Below the pieces are notes generated by a model, which saw nothing but the letters and a program-made list of their open reading frames with translations, did not search any database and was not told where the DNA came from. Shown here piece by piece: positions 37,770 through 49,911 of a stretch of DNA of 64,000 bases. The stretch's first letter is position 1; the number at the start of each line of letters is the position of its first letter. Source of the DNA: Squalus acanthias (taxonomy: Eukaryota). The DNA lies in the NCBI GenBank assembly GCA_030390025.1, contig CM059430.1:67766001-67830000 (forward strand), read 5' to 3'. The position numbers were made by a program, and so were the translations under genes.

Positions 37770-39495
37770 CCGCAGAGGCCCTTCTCTAGGGCAGTCGGAG
37801 GATCTGTCAAGAGGATTCTTGACATATCGGAAAGGCCAGGGGTCAGCGCATACACTGTGCATGCCTGATACTGGCATTTCCGATGTCCCTACGGGTGGGT
37901 GCACAGTGCGTACCCACTCATAGGGATCGGAATATCCGGGCCATTGTGATTTTCCAATTCCTTAATAATAGATTCCAGAATTTTCGCTACTACTGATTTC
38001 ATGTTGAATGGCCTATAGCCCGTGGTTTCTCTCTCCCTACTTTCTTGAACAGCGTGGTTACATTTGCTACCTTTCAATCCACAGGTCCAGTCCTAGAATC
38101 TAGCGAAATCTGGATGATCAAAACCAATGCATCCATTGTTTCTGCAACTACCTCTTTTAAAGCTACACAATATAGCCCAGGGGATTTGTCGGTCAATGAA
38201 TCCACTATCTCTGCAACCACCTCTTTTATAACTCCACAATGCAGTCCAGAGGATTTTTCGGAGTTTAGTTCAATTAATTGCTCCAGTACTTTATCTTTAC
38301 TAATCCTAATAAATTTAGGTTCCTCACTCTCATTAGACACTAGGTTACCCAAAATTCGGTATGTTCTTTGCATCCTCTACTGTGAATATAGATACAAAAT
38401 ATTTGTTTACCGTCTGTCATCTCTTTATTTCCTATTATAATTTCTCCTGTCTCTGCCTCTACGGAACCCACGTTTACTTTCGCTAATCTTTTCCATCTTA
38501 CATTCTTCTGAAAGCTATTAAAATTAGTTTTTAAAATTCTTGTGTTTTCTGCTACAGCTTGGATCTGACGCCTAACTGTAAACCGCTTTGGAACATTTGC
38601 TAATGTAAATGTACTATATGAATGCAACTTGTTCTTTGTAAATAGAAATGAGATAAATTTCACAAGCTGCAGAAGAATATAGTAGAAAGTTATATACCAA
38701 GAAAGCAGCTCTCCATATTGTAACTTCATAGACATGACATTGCCATGAGATAATATTATTTATCAAATGAAAGCGTAAGCAACTGTGGTGTAGATTAAAA
38801 AAAATAGTAAATCCAACCAATTCCTGCACTAGGCCAGCGCACGTGAAATAAATAAATCAGAAATATTTAAAATGTTCACGTGTTGCATACATACTTCTTG
38901 ACGCAATGGATAATGGAAATCTAGAACTGTCTCTCTCAAAAGGCTGTGGCTGTTGGGTCAATTGAAATGAGCAATTTTAGATCTATAGATATTTATTGGG
39001 TAAAGTGTTTCAAGGGATATGGGGCAATAGCAAGTAAATGGGATTGAGGTATATTTCAGCCACGATCTAATTACATCGCGAAGAGGATCGAAGGGTTGAA
39101 TGGCCAGCTTCTATTCCAGTGCTTCACTAAATGTATAAAAGGCAGCTGTATGTCCCTTCCAACTAGCTGAGGAATGCACTTTGCGATGTGATACTATACC
39201 AAAAAGCAACAATTTGCATTTATATAGCTCCTTGAAAGTACGAAAACGTCCCAAGGCTCTTCACAGCGAAGTAATCGAAAAACAGTATATAGGTCAGGAA
39301 GGTCTCCGTTTCAATATCTCGTCTGTGGTGAGGTAGCTAATTTTAATCTCTCAATAGTAGAGCGCTCCAACTGGTCTACTCTAGGCCAATAAGACGGAGT
39401 ATTACATGGAGCTTCCATTCGTGATCGTTCGCCACTGTCTTCCACCTGTAGGTCTCAGCTGAGGATTACATTGGTTCAGTTCAATTACCTCCCGA

Positions 39496-39571
39496 ACACA
39501 CACACACACACACACACACATACACATGCACACACACGCACGTATACACACTCATGCGCACGCGCACGCGA
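39496..39571. repeat. (CA)n/(CG) imperfect microsatellite
   Basis: ACACACAC...ATACACATGCACACACACGCACG...GCGCACGCGCACGCG. Confidence 0.9.
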
Positions 39572-41965
39572 GCCAGTTAGCATTGTTGGTTCAGTCTCAC
39601 ACTCGAAGAAACCACTTTGGTGAGAAGCCAGCACCGCGGAAATCGTAGAATGTTCTCTATCAGGAATCACCACTTTGAGGAGGTGGAAGAATTGGATGGA
39701 GAATGGGTGGCCTTAGCTACTTTTCCTGATGTTAATTACAGTTATGATATTTTGTTTAGAATATAGTTTAACATGAACATTTATCGCAAGCTAATTCAAT
39801 GGCTATAGTTTCCGTGTGAGAAACAGTGGGTTTGACGACTCGACGATATCTGTTTGCGACATGATGACATCACTTTCCCTGGTTGCTTCCTGCTTAAATT
39901 ATCACCAAGCCTCTGACTGTTTGGTTTAGGCCTCATATTAGTAACCTTCATTTGCATTAAAAATTATCTGAAATATTTAATATTCAGTCTTAATTAATAT
40001 TTAAAATTTCAAAAAATTAAAATCGGGTAGTTAAGGAATTGTACAAATGCAGAAAACTGAGTCGATTTTGGAACGTTATTGGATGCCTGTCCATACGCTC
40101 ACTACTTGAAAGCAAAATAAAGAATATTCATTGATATGGCGCCTTACTCACCTGCTCGCGACATCCCAAAGTCCTTCACAGTCAATTAGTTATTTTTGAA
40201 GCGCAGTCATTGTTCTTATCCTGGCAATTGGGCAGCCAATTTGTGCAAAATGCCCCACAGACAGGAAATTAGGTGTATAATCTACTTGATGAATTAATTT
40301 ATTTTAAGGCCTCAGTGTTGCGGACAGATTGCTGGCCGGGTCATCGGAAGATCTCCTTGTTCTTATTCCAAGTAATACAGTGGGGTATTTTACAATCAGC
40401 AGAACGGCTAGAACAGGGAAAGAGGGTCTAAGTTTAAGGCCTCGTCCGAAAGATGAGAGTTAGGGTTAGGCTTGGGGACAATGCAGCATTCCTTCAGTAC
40501 TACAATACTGACGGTAGATAGAGGCAGACATAAAACCAGTATGGATTGCTAATATAATTCAATTATTGATGACTTCTTATTCACGATGAAAGGGCGACAA
40601 TAGATATACTACTGTGCATGGAAGGCTAGAGCTTGAGAATTGCGCCACTCATAAACAAATAGATGTGTAACGAAACATTTGCTTTATGGTAACATACTTA
40701 AAATAATCTAGTTTACGTATACATCAGTGGCCATGGCCGTGTGATGAAACTGGATGTAAATAGAAAATAATTAAAATTGAATTCTCTTATAATAAACAGC
40801 AGTTTGTTTAATTCATTATCGGGGTGTCAGCTTCGTTGGGAAGGCAGGAATTCATTGTTCATCATTATTTGCCCTTGAGACGGTGGTGATGGACCTTCTT
40901 CTTGAACCGCGCAGTCTGTCTGGTGAAGTTACTCCTAGGGAGGGTGGGAGTTCCAGTATTATGACTATGCGATGAAGCAGGAAGCACAATATATGTTTAC
41001 GTAGAGATGGTGTGTGACTTGGAAAGAATTTTGGAGTTGATTCTGTTCCCATAAGAGCATAAGAACATAACAATAGGAGCAGGTGTAGGCCAATCGGCCC
41101 TTTGAGCCTGCTCCGTGATTCAATAAGATCATGTCTGACTTTCTACCTGACCTTCACCTTCCCGCATTATCCCCATATCCCATGATTCCATTAGTATCCA
41201 AAAATCTAGCGCTCTCTGTCTTGAATATATTCAACGACTGAACATCCATAGCCCTCTGGGTAGAGAATTCCAAAGATCCACAACCCTTTGAGTGAAGAAA
41301 TTTCTCCTCATACAGTCCTAAGTAGCCGACCCCTTATTCTGAGACTCTGAACCCTAGTTCTAGACTCCCCAGCCAGGGGAAACATATTCCCAGTATCTAC
41401 CCTGTCATGCCCTGTAAGAATTTTATCTGTTTCAAAGAGATCAACTCTCATCGCTCATTCTTCTAAATACTAGGGGGGATAAATTTAGTTGTTTAGCGTC
41501 TCCCGTTAGCCCCTGTCGGGGGCGCTAACTGGAGGCTAATGAAGTAGCGCCGGGGCGAGGTGGATCCAGCACTGCACACCAAATCCAGTCGCCCCTTAGC
41601 GCCGCTGCTAACAGTTAGCACCTGGGGCTTAAGCGCCAGGCAGATCATGATGCTAATGAGCGTGCAACGCTCACTGAGCACCCGATCTGCCAAATTGATT
41701 ATCACCCGATGCCTTAGCTCCTCGCCCCAACAACGACAGCAAGAGGAGGCGTATTAGGCTGATGGCGACTCCGGGGTCGTTATTTAAATTGATGAGTCAC
41801 AGCTGTCAGGTTAGTGCTGTTTCACTGCTTCCTTGTCAGTCTGCAATTGTGCAAGGGTTTAATTCAGTCATTTAAAGGTACTTTAGTATCAGGAGTAATG
41901 TGTCAAGTAAAAATTTGTTAAATTTATTGTGACAAAATTTCAAAGTGCTACACATCGTTACATTA

Positions 41966-43121
41966 ATGGGGGCTGTACTGGTAGTCGACCTCGTCCTCCT
42001 GGATCTACTGGAGAGGGAGTGGTGGCAGCGAGAAAGATTGCAAGATGTGGCCAGAGGAAGGAGGAGGGCTATCAGGCCTCTCAACAAGAGGTCTTACCCT
42101 CGGAGGGGTATTCTAGAGAGCCCTTTTCCTACCTCCAAATAAGCGAGGAGCCATGCATTAGAAGGCCACACTTCAGGATGTGCTCACCAAACTCTGCTAT
42201 CTCCTGCAACCAGACCTCGAGCCTCAGTGGCAGCCAAGGTCACCGTCACCCTCAATTTGTTCACCAGCGGTTCCTTCCAGTCTGCAACAGAAGGTATCGC
42301 AAAAATCCATCCTTGCATTCGGGAGGTCACAGAGGCTCTCTACAGTACGAAAAGGGATTACATTTCCTTCCCCATCACCAGAGAGAAGCAGGATGAACGT
42401 GCATGTGGCTTTGCCTGGATAGCACCATTTACTGCATCCATGTGGCTTTGTGGGCACCGCATAACAACCCTTAGCTCTTCCATTACCGCAAAGGATACCA
42501 TTTATTTCATGTGCAGTTGGTGTGCGACCACAGACAGCGAATCCTCAATGTGAATGCCCGCTATCCTGGCAGCAGCCACAATGCCTTCATCCTTCGCCAG
42601 ACTGGTGTACCTGGTCACTTACAGCCGTCACATCAAGCTCATGGTTTGCTGGTCGGAGACAGGACTAATTGATCTCCACATGGCTCATGACTCCCCTCCG
42701 CAACCCCAACATTCCTGGCCAGCACTCATATAATGAGAGCTACGATGCCACCAGGAACATCAATGAGCAGACCATCGGGTTGCTCAAGCAATGGTTCCGA
42801 TGACTTGTCCACTTGGGACGAGCACTCCAGTACTCAGCTGAGTGGGTGTCCCATTTCGTTGTGGTCTGCTGCATGCTCCACAATTTGGCCATCATAAGGT
42901 CCCATCCCTTGCCACCAGGGATTGTGGGACCACCTCAGGAGGAAGACGTCGAGGAGGAGGATGATGAGGAAGAGGAAGTAGAGGAGGAGGAGGAGGAGGA
43001 GCAACAGGAAGATGAAGTGAAGGAGCAGGAGGAGGAACAGGACCGAGGGAGGAGGCAGCCACTCAATTGGCCTTCTGGAAGGGGAGTCCATGACCGCCTC
43101 AGAAGTCAGTGGTACCAATAA
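41966..43121 (+). pseudogene. Harbinger transposase pseudogene
   Basis: Multiple frameshifts and stops; colinear with the intact transposase. Confidence 0.85.
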
Positions 43122-44016
43122 ATTAAACCCCAGATCCCCGTTGCTCACCACATCCCCATCATTCCATACCACAACATCATCCAAAGCCATTTAAGACATT
43201 TATCAATAATCAGTAAACACGGATTTACAACAATAATATCAGTTATTCACCCTTGTGCAATCCCTTAGTGCCCCTCGTTACAGTGCCTTTGCCTACTCTA
43301 GTGCGTCTATAAAGTGTTGCCCTTGTGGCTGCAGCATGGCGGATGGAAGGCTGCTGAGTATCCATGTGGGAGACTTCAGCTGGCCTTGCAGCACGGCCTG
43401 GAGCGGCTCTGGACCTGGAAGGCCCGGCAGTTTACTGCACTACCTCAGCATGGGCGGCAACAGTCTGGGATGGTTGGATAACAGGCAATGACAAGGGCAA
43501 TGGCGAAGTGGCAGTAGTGGGATCAGCAATGTTGTCATCCTGAGAGCAGACAGCAGCTTCCTGCTCCACTGGCCCCCTGCCACTCGCCCGGGCAGGACCT
43601 CAGCATCACTGCCAATCTGATGGAGCAGAGATTGCTGGTCTGCTGCGAAACCGTGAAAGCACCATTAGACAGTGGTCGACACAGCCATGATCACAGCAGT
43701 CAGAGCTTGCGTGCCATCAAGCTGAGACTGCATGTGATCAGTTTGAGATTCGATGGCACCAAGCATAGACTGCATTACAGCACTAACTCGTTGCATAGCT
43801 TCCGCCTGTGCTTCAATGGAAGCTGCGACAATGCCCATCACACGCAGCATGAGGTCTGGGTCACCACGGTCTCTCTGGGAGTCCACCATGCTTTGCAGAC
43901 TGTAAATGATGAGCTCCATGGTGTGTGCAGAGCTTTGTGCAATGTTGGAGTCAGACTCCTCCACGCTCCTCACCATTGCCAAGAAGCTCTCAGGCACCCT
44001 TGACATTGCGCCTATC

Positions 44017-44682
44017 ATCCCTACTCCTGCTTGTCATATCCCACTTCACACTCACCCCACAAGCCTTTCCCACTTTCCAGCTAATCATGCTGTATGCATG
44101 CCTTTCTCCCTTCCTGATCACTCCCCTCACCTTAAACCGACTCTTGTCCCTTTATGCTTTCAGAGAATGAGCAAGCAGCTGAGCAGCCTGTCCCTGAGTG
44201 TACTATAGAGAGTGCATACCCATCACCCTTCTTCTAAAGGTCTCCGCATCGAGGACCTCATCTAAGTCTTGTGCAGCAGAACTCATGCGCGAAATCGCCT
44301 TCTGGGGAGCTGACTCCCGAGCTACCCTTTCCCCCTGGCCTTGCAGCAACCTGCTCCTCCCCGGTGCCTCAACCTATGCAGATCCTGCTACTATAAAGAA
44401 TACATAGTGCCAGTATCTGAGCTGGTGCCTGCGGGTGAGAAATGCAGTGACACAGTGTATTCTTTGTCCTCCTCTTCTTCGCCTCACTCTCTATGGTACA
44501 CTCAGGGACAGGCTGCTCAGCTGCTTGCTCATTCTCTTAAAGCATAAAGGGACAAGAGTCGGTTTAAGGTGAGGGAAGTGATCAGGAAGGGAGAAAGGCA
44601 TGCATACAGCATGATTAGCTGGAAAGTGGGAAAGGCTTGTGGGGTGAGTGTGAAGTGAGATGTGACAAGCAGGAGTAGGGAT
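44017..44682. repeat. 198-bp inverted duplication (44017-44214 vs 44485-44682)
   Basis: Arms are reverse complements with only a few mismatches; spacer 270 bp. Confidence 0.92.
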
Positions 44683-44835
44683 AAACATACCGTTGTTGTC
44701 CCCAAGGGGGTCAACATCGCCGGTGGCCACGACGTCCACCACCTGGCAATCGACGATTTGAGCTCTCTTTCCTCCAGCTCAGAAAGTGGTTGGGTGTCAG
44801 GTGGTCTCCCGCCTGTGCACTCTTGCTCTATCCTG

Positions 44836-45121
44836 TTCACAGAATCCCCACAGTGCAGATAGAGGCCATTTCGGCCCATCGAGCCTGCACCGACACATAT
44901 CCCACCCTATCCCCGTATTTAATCCCCCTAACACTAAGGGTCAATTTATCATAGCCAAATCAACCTAACCCGCACATCTTTGGACTGTGGGAGGAAACCA
45001 GAGCACCCGGAGGAAACCCACGCAGACACGGGGAGAATGTGCAAACTCCACACAGACAGTCACCCATGGCCGGATTCGAACCCGGGTCCCTGGCGCTGTG
45101 AGGCAACAGTGCTAACCACTG
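44836..45121 (-). mobile_element. V-SINE (HE1-like tRNA-derived SINE with CR1-type tail), inside the Myb gene of the 41473 Harbinger
   Basis: On -: tRNA head (CAGTGGTTAGCAC...GGGTTCGAATCC B box), V-domain GTGGAGTTTGCACATTCTCCCCGTGTCTGCGTGGGTTTCCTCCGGGTGCTCTGGTTTCCTCCCACA, and CR1-like tail GGCTCGATGGGCCGAAATGGCCTC. Confidence 0.88.
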
Positions 45122-46144
45122 TTGTGAGCCACCTTGGCCTGCAAGAGAAAGGAAAGTGTGTGAGTGAGTGTGGAGCAATGAGTTTGGGAGATGTGCCTGC
45201 CATAGTTGAGTAGCTGTCATTGTGTGCAAGCTGTGAGATGCAGGTGTGAGTGTTGGGAGGTGGAGACGGTTGGTGTGTGAGTGCTGGGTGTGTAGTGCTT
45301 TGGGAAGTGTGTGCAGACTGAGGTTCAGATGGTGGTATGTAGCATTTGTTGAAGCATTGACTCACCCTGACCACACGAGTGAGGTCGTTAAATTTCTTCC
45401 TGCACTGTGTTTGGGTCCTGGGGAACACAGTGCTGCCCGAAACCTGCTGGGTTATCTCCCTCCACATGGCACTGAATACTTGCGGCGAGGGCATCCTGAC
45501 ACTTGCTGGGTATAGCTCCACCCTCTGTCTCCCCACAGCGAGGATCAAGTCCTGCAATCCTTGGTCTAAGAATGTCCGAGCTCTCTCTCTGGACCGTTAA
45601 TCTGCCATAATGACACCTCCTTCAGTGGTCCAGTTCCTTCTCCTTCGCCTTCCGCTGCTTGCTGAGAAAGCTGCAGAACCAGCAATGCTGAGAATGAAGT
45701 TTTGCAGCATTATTGAACTGGGAAGAGCCTGTGGCAATGATGACTAACGATTAGACTGCATATGCAATTACTTAGCGCATTGAGTCTAATGCCACAGAGC
45801 TAGGTCATTAACGCTTGAGTTAGCATTCTAGTCCTTTCTTCGAGTGCTAACACTTAAGTTAGCATGCAGCGAGTTTCATTAGTTCTTGGCGCTCAATCTC
45901 AAACTTTTCAGAAGTTTGTGCCCATTCCTGGGCTATAATGAATGTCTACTCCTTGTTATTTTGGGCCTAGTCTCCTCAATCTCTCATCATAAAACAAACC
46001 CCCATCCCAGGAAAGGTCTGGTGAACTTTCATTGCACTCTCCGTAAGGCAATTCTATCCTTCCTTAGGTAAGGACACCAAAACTGTACACAGTACTTCAG
46101 CTGTGGCCTCTCCAAGACACTATACAATTGCAGTAAGACTTCTT

Positions 46145-46810
46145 GGGGGAAAAATTCGGCTGCGCCTCCTTTGGGGCAGTAACTTCGCCTGGGTGGTTCC
46201 TCTAGTGCCCCGAAAATGTTAGCACCCCTGTGCCATAAATTGAGTGTTAGCGCCCCAAGCAGGAGGCGGGGTGCTATTGGAAGCGCTCCCCCTCCTTCCT
46301 GGCGCGCTACCATTCAATATCATGGTGCTACGTGAAACAGAACAACGTGCGTCAGCACATAGCATCGCATTATTACAGGCCTCCCTCCCCTGATTAAAGG
46401 ACGACTGGGGAGCAGGATGCCGCGAAAACAGCCCGGCACTCAAGAGCAGTGCCAGGCTGACCACTTGCGGCCGGCACCAAGCATGAGGAAGCAAAAGGGG
46501 GCAGGTGCTGGCAGGTGATACAACAAAAATGGCATCCGGCACCTGCCCTTTAATTTTCGCCGCCACGGCTGCAAAAGCGCCACCCTGACCCTGTCAGACA
46601 TATCGTTCGGCGGTAATTCACGGGGCGCAACTGAAGTAATCGCCGGAGGCGCAGTGCTGCAGGATGCTACCATCTTCCGCCGCTGCTAACCTCCTGCTGT
46701 ATTTCACAGGAGGCGTTAGCGGCACGTGCCAATGCACTAAGGGCTTTGCGCATCATTAGCACCCCCCTAGGGCACTAACGGGAGATGCAAAGCAACCCAA
46801 TTTTCCCCCC
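46145..46810. mobile_element. Non-autonomous Harbinger-derived element (MITE, about 665 bp)
   Basis: GGGGAAAAATTCGGCTGC ... GCAACCCAATTTTCCCCCC inverted termini and subterminal TTAGCGCC/GCACTAA motifs like the autonomous copies. No coding capacity. Confidence 0.7.
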
Positions 46811-47214
46811 AGGGGGAGAAATTCAGTATAGTCCCGTTTGGGGTGCTAAAACTTTAAGGGGAAAAATTAGGTCGCGCCCCGTTTGGGGCGCAAATATCGT
46901 CTGGATGCAAAAATTAGCGCCTGGCACTAATTATCGCCATTCACTGGAAACTTCACTTTTACCGCCCCGGGAGGTGAGTGGAGCGCTAAATCAGGCGCTG
47001 CACACCTGTCTTAAGGCGCAAAGGCCGAGCAGTGAGGCGCTAACTCAGCACGCGAGCGCAGCGCAGGTGCTGCCAGTTAGCGAGGGAACACAGACACACT
47101 GGCGCCAGCCAGTTCTTAAAGCGGGGGGGCCAACTTGCTCCCCAGCCACACCCTGCTCATTGTAGCCTTGAATCTCGGCCTGGAGAGACCTGTGAATCCA
47201 TTTTGCTGCCAACG

Positions 47215-49154
47215 ATGGAGAGGGTGAGAGAACGAGCTCAGCGCTTCACCGAGCGGGCCTTGGATGCTCTGGTTGGCACGGTGGAGCGCAGAAGATGTAT
47301 ACTCTTCCCTGAGAGTGGCAGGAGGCCTTTTCCACGCGAGTACAGAAAAGTGTGGAGGGAGGTGGCTCAGAGCGTCTCCTCCAGGAGCATGATGCCCAGG
47401 ACCCATGTTCAACGCCGCAAAAAGTTCAATGACCTCACTCGGGTCGTCAGGGTGAGTGGCTTTTTCTCAATACCTCTCCATCCCTCCATCTCAACCTCAC
47501 TCTATGGCCAGAGGGTCTTAAAACCCCAATGCACAACACTCATCCAACACCTATGGCCCTTTCATGAAACACACACACACATTCCACAATTTGCATACAG
47601 TAAGGGCTATTCACCTATGGGAGGCACATCAGGCAAGACCATGGCTGCATACAGTAAGGGCTATTCACCTATGGGACGCACATCAGGCAAGACCATGGCT
47701 GCATACAGTAAGGGCTATGCACCTATGGGACGCACATCAGGCAAGACCATGGCTGTATATTTACTCAGATGCTGTCCTTTTACTTGCAGGCCAAGCTGGC
47801 GCATAATAGGAGACAGCAGCAACAGACAGGTGGAGGGCGGCCTCAGCTGCAACCCCTCAGCGATCTTGAGGAGCGCGTCCACAGGATTGTGGCAAGCCGG
47901 GTGATCGGTCCCGCCGGCACTGGAGACGCCGACCCCGTTCTGGACAGCAATGGTAAGGTCATTACATTTTTGTCCTCTGTCCTTCCACTTGTCCCTCACA
48001 AGACCAGCCTTTGACACTTTCAATCCAACTTGCTAACTCGCTGCACTTATTCCTCCCTTACTGCCACCCTGTCCTCACGCTAAAGCCACTCTTGTACCTC
48101 CCTGCTTTCAGATGGTGATTCACCAGCTGAGAAGACGGGCCCTGAAGCTGCCAGTGGGAGTGAAGCTGCAGCCGAGGAGGAAGAGGAAGCCGGAGCATCA
48201 GCGCCACCCTCTCCCGAGGAAGCCCATGCCCACACTGGGAACACGCCTTCCCTGGAGGGGAGCAGGGAGGAAGGGTCTGATGAGGGTGAAGCTCCAGGAC
48301 CCAGCGGGCTGCAGCAACGCCATGGGGGTAGGGAAGAACGGGGGCCTTCTCCCCAGAGGGAGAGTATGCCAGCGACTCCTAATGCAATGGACACAGAGGA
48401 GGAGCGGCTGATCGCAGAAATGGACACCCAGGCGGTGGGCATGCACACTGAGCTCATGGGTGCATTGGGAAGGGTGCCCGAATGCATTGAGTTACTGGCA
48501 AGGAGTGTGGAACACTTCGCTGTAGCACAGGCGGATGCCACACTAACGTTTAGTGCTGCAATTCAGTCACTGACTGCCGTGATCTCATCTCTGACTTTTC
48601 TCATGCAGACTCAGATTGGGGCCACGCGAGCACTGACTGCTGCCAACCTCGATGGTTCGTTCACATGCCCCCGGGGCTCTCACCGCACCGCAGCAGGCCA
48701 GCAATCTGTGCTCCAGCAGATTGCTCCGGATGCTGAAGTGCTGCCCCGTGGGAGTGCCAGTGGGTCGGTCGAGCAGGGAGTTGCTGTCCTCTCTCACGAT
48801 GACAGCATTCCTGCTGCCAACACTGTCACTTCTCCACTGCAGTTGCCACCGCTTGTAGGACAGACTGCTGCCGCCCATGCAGAGTTGGTGCAGTCTGCAG
48901 CCGGGCCCTCCAGGCCCAGAATTGGTCGAGGCCGTCCTTCAGGGGCATCTGCAGTGTCAGGGTCGGACAATCAGCAGCCTTCCACCAGCCTTGCTGCAGC
49001 CACTGAGGTCCCATTACGGAGGAGCAGTAGGGTTAGAAGGGGGGAAGTGCGCAAGGGAAGAGATCACCCTCGAAGGGCAAAAAGTAGGAGGTGTGACCAA
49101 ATGCTGGTCATTTTTTTATTAAAGGCCGAGGTTCGTGGTCCAACTTTTGTCTAG
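47215..49154 (+). CDS. Harbinger Myb/SANT(trihelix)-like DNA-binding protein, copy 1; exons 47215-47451, 47790-47952, 48112-49154 (about 480 aa)
   Basis: Exon 1 RAQRFTERALDALV...VWREVAQSVS...RTHVQRRKKFNDLTRVVR is the Myb/SANT domain typical of Harbinger ORF2/NAIF1-like proteins. Exon 2 AKLAHNRRQQQQTGGG. Splice sites AGG|GTGAGT, TTGCAG|, G|GTAAG, TTTCAG| keep the frame open to TAG 49154. Confidence 0.85.
47593..47754 (+). repeat. 54-bp minisatellite x3 in intron 1 of the Harbinger Myb gene
   Basis: Unit GCATACAGTAAGGGCTATTCACCTATGGGAGGCACATCAGGCAAGACCATGGCT starts at 47593, 47647 and 47701. Only two units in copies 2 and 3. Confidence 0.92.
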
Positions 49155-49167
49155 TGTTTTGGACATT

Positions 49168-49908
49168 GGCCCAAAAATTCGTGAGGAAGCCTTCGTGCGA
49201 GGGTAAGGCTTCCCCGCGATCTCTCACTGCGCGTTGGCTTTTTCAGTTCCAGCTCGCACGAACTTGATGTTCTGGACAGCTGCTGTGCAGTGCATTCGTA
49301 TCCGACAGGCGTAGTTAATTCGTGCGAGCTGTGGGATCACGTGACTCAGTTAGAGCCAATGGCAGCACACCATCTTCCATTCATAACTTTCACATGAGTG
49401 CTGTGAAAGCTATGAATACTATAGCCCCCCAAAAGAACAGCTAAACCTCAATTAAATTTTAAAAAACCCATCACATTAATAAAATAAGTATAGTTAAATA
49501 AATTAAACATTTTAAATAAAAAATTAAATTTTTGAAAACATTTAAAATCTTTAAAAAAGTTATAAAAATAAACTTACCTGTCTTTAAAGTCTCTAAAAAA
49601 GATATACATGTAAAAAAAATTCAAAATACTACTTAATGCACTACTTACCTTGTTAAAAGTGGGTCTTACTCCTCCTTTTTTTATGTGTAAAATCTTCCAT
49701 ACTTACCTGCGCGTTGAAACCACGAAGTGCACTGCATGCGCGCAGCCTGTAGCGTGCACGTGGTTCACCTAGGAATCGCCCCCTTTTCCATTCACCAAGT
49801 GCCGGTTTTCAGCGCATGCGCAGTGCATGCAGAAAACCGGCAATTGGAGACAGAATATGCGAGAGTACACAGTGCGTACTCTCGCGTATCAACACAAATT
49901 TTTGGGCC
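49168..49908 (+). mobile_element. GGCCC-ended MITE, copy A (741 bp)
   Basis: TIRs GGCCCAAAAATT / AATTTTTGGGCC. Absent at the equivalent position of Harbinger copy 2 (GGAC-ATT-ATCTCC). Confidence 0.88.
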
Positions 49909-49911
49909 AAT

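Larger units (their letters stand above)
29639..37942 (+). mobile_element. GGCC-ended MITE split by a CR1 insertion (pieces 29639-30170 and about 37767-37942)
   Basis: TIRs GGCCAGTATTTTCCGATC / GATCGGAATATCCGGGCC. ATT TSD at 29636-38 and 37943-45. The flanking old CR1 resumes on both sides. Confidence 0.8.
41473..45952 (+). mobile_element. Older PIF/Harbinger transposon (same subfamily as 18717), decayed, inserted into a CR1 fragment
   Basis: GGGGGGATAAATTTAG terminus. Transposase remnants at 41966-43121 (MGAVLVVDL..., ALQYSAEWVSHFVVVCCMLHNLA). Myb remnants on - (QTQCRKKFNDLTRVVR at about 45370). The flanking CR1 resumes after the element. Confidence 0.88.
41058..46143 (-). mobile_element. 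CR1 3' fragment split by the 41473 Harbinger (pieces 41058-41472 and about 45955-46143)
   Basis: Tail at 41058. TCATTCTTCTAAA...[insert]...GGGCCTAGTCTCCTCAATCTC matches the uninterrupted CR1 at about 4590-4640. Confidence 0.8.

Noticed and set aside
45060-45121. tRNA gene
   Set aside because: A/B-box-like head of a V-SINE with no complete cloverleaf. The same applies to SINE heads at about 14000 and 21900.
47593-47754. Direct repeats resembling a CRISPR array
   Set aside because: Head-to-tail 54-bp units with no unique spacers, in a eukaryotic intron, and no cas genes.
49699-49709. U1 snRNA gene (ATACTTACCTG)
   Set aside because: Only the first 11 nt match. The downstream sequence is not the U1 body and lies within a MITE.
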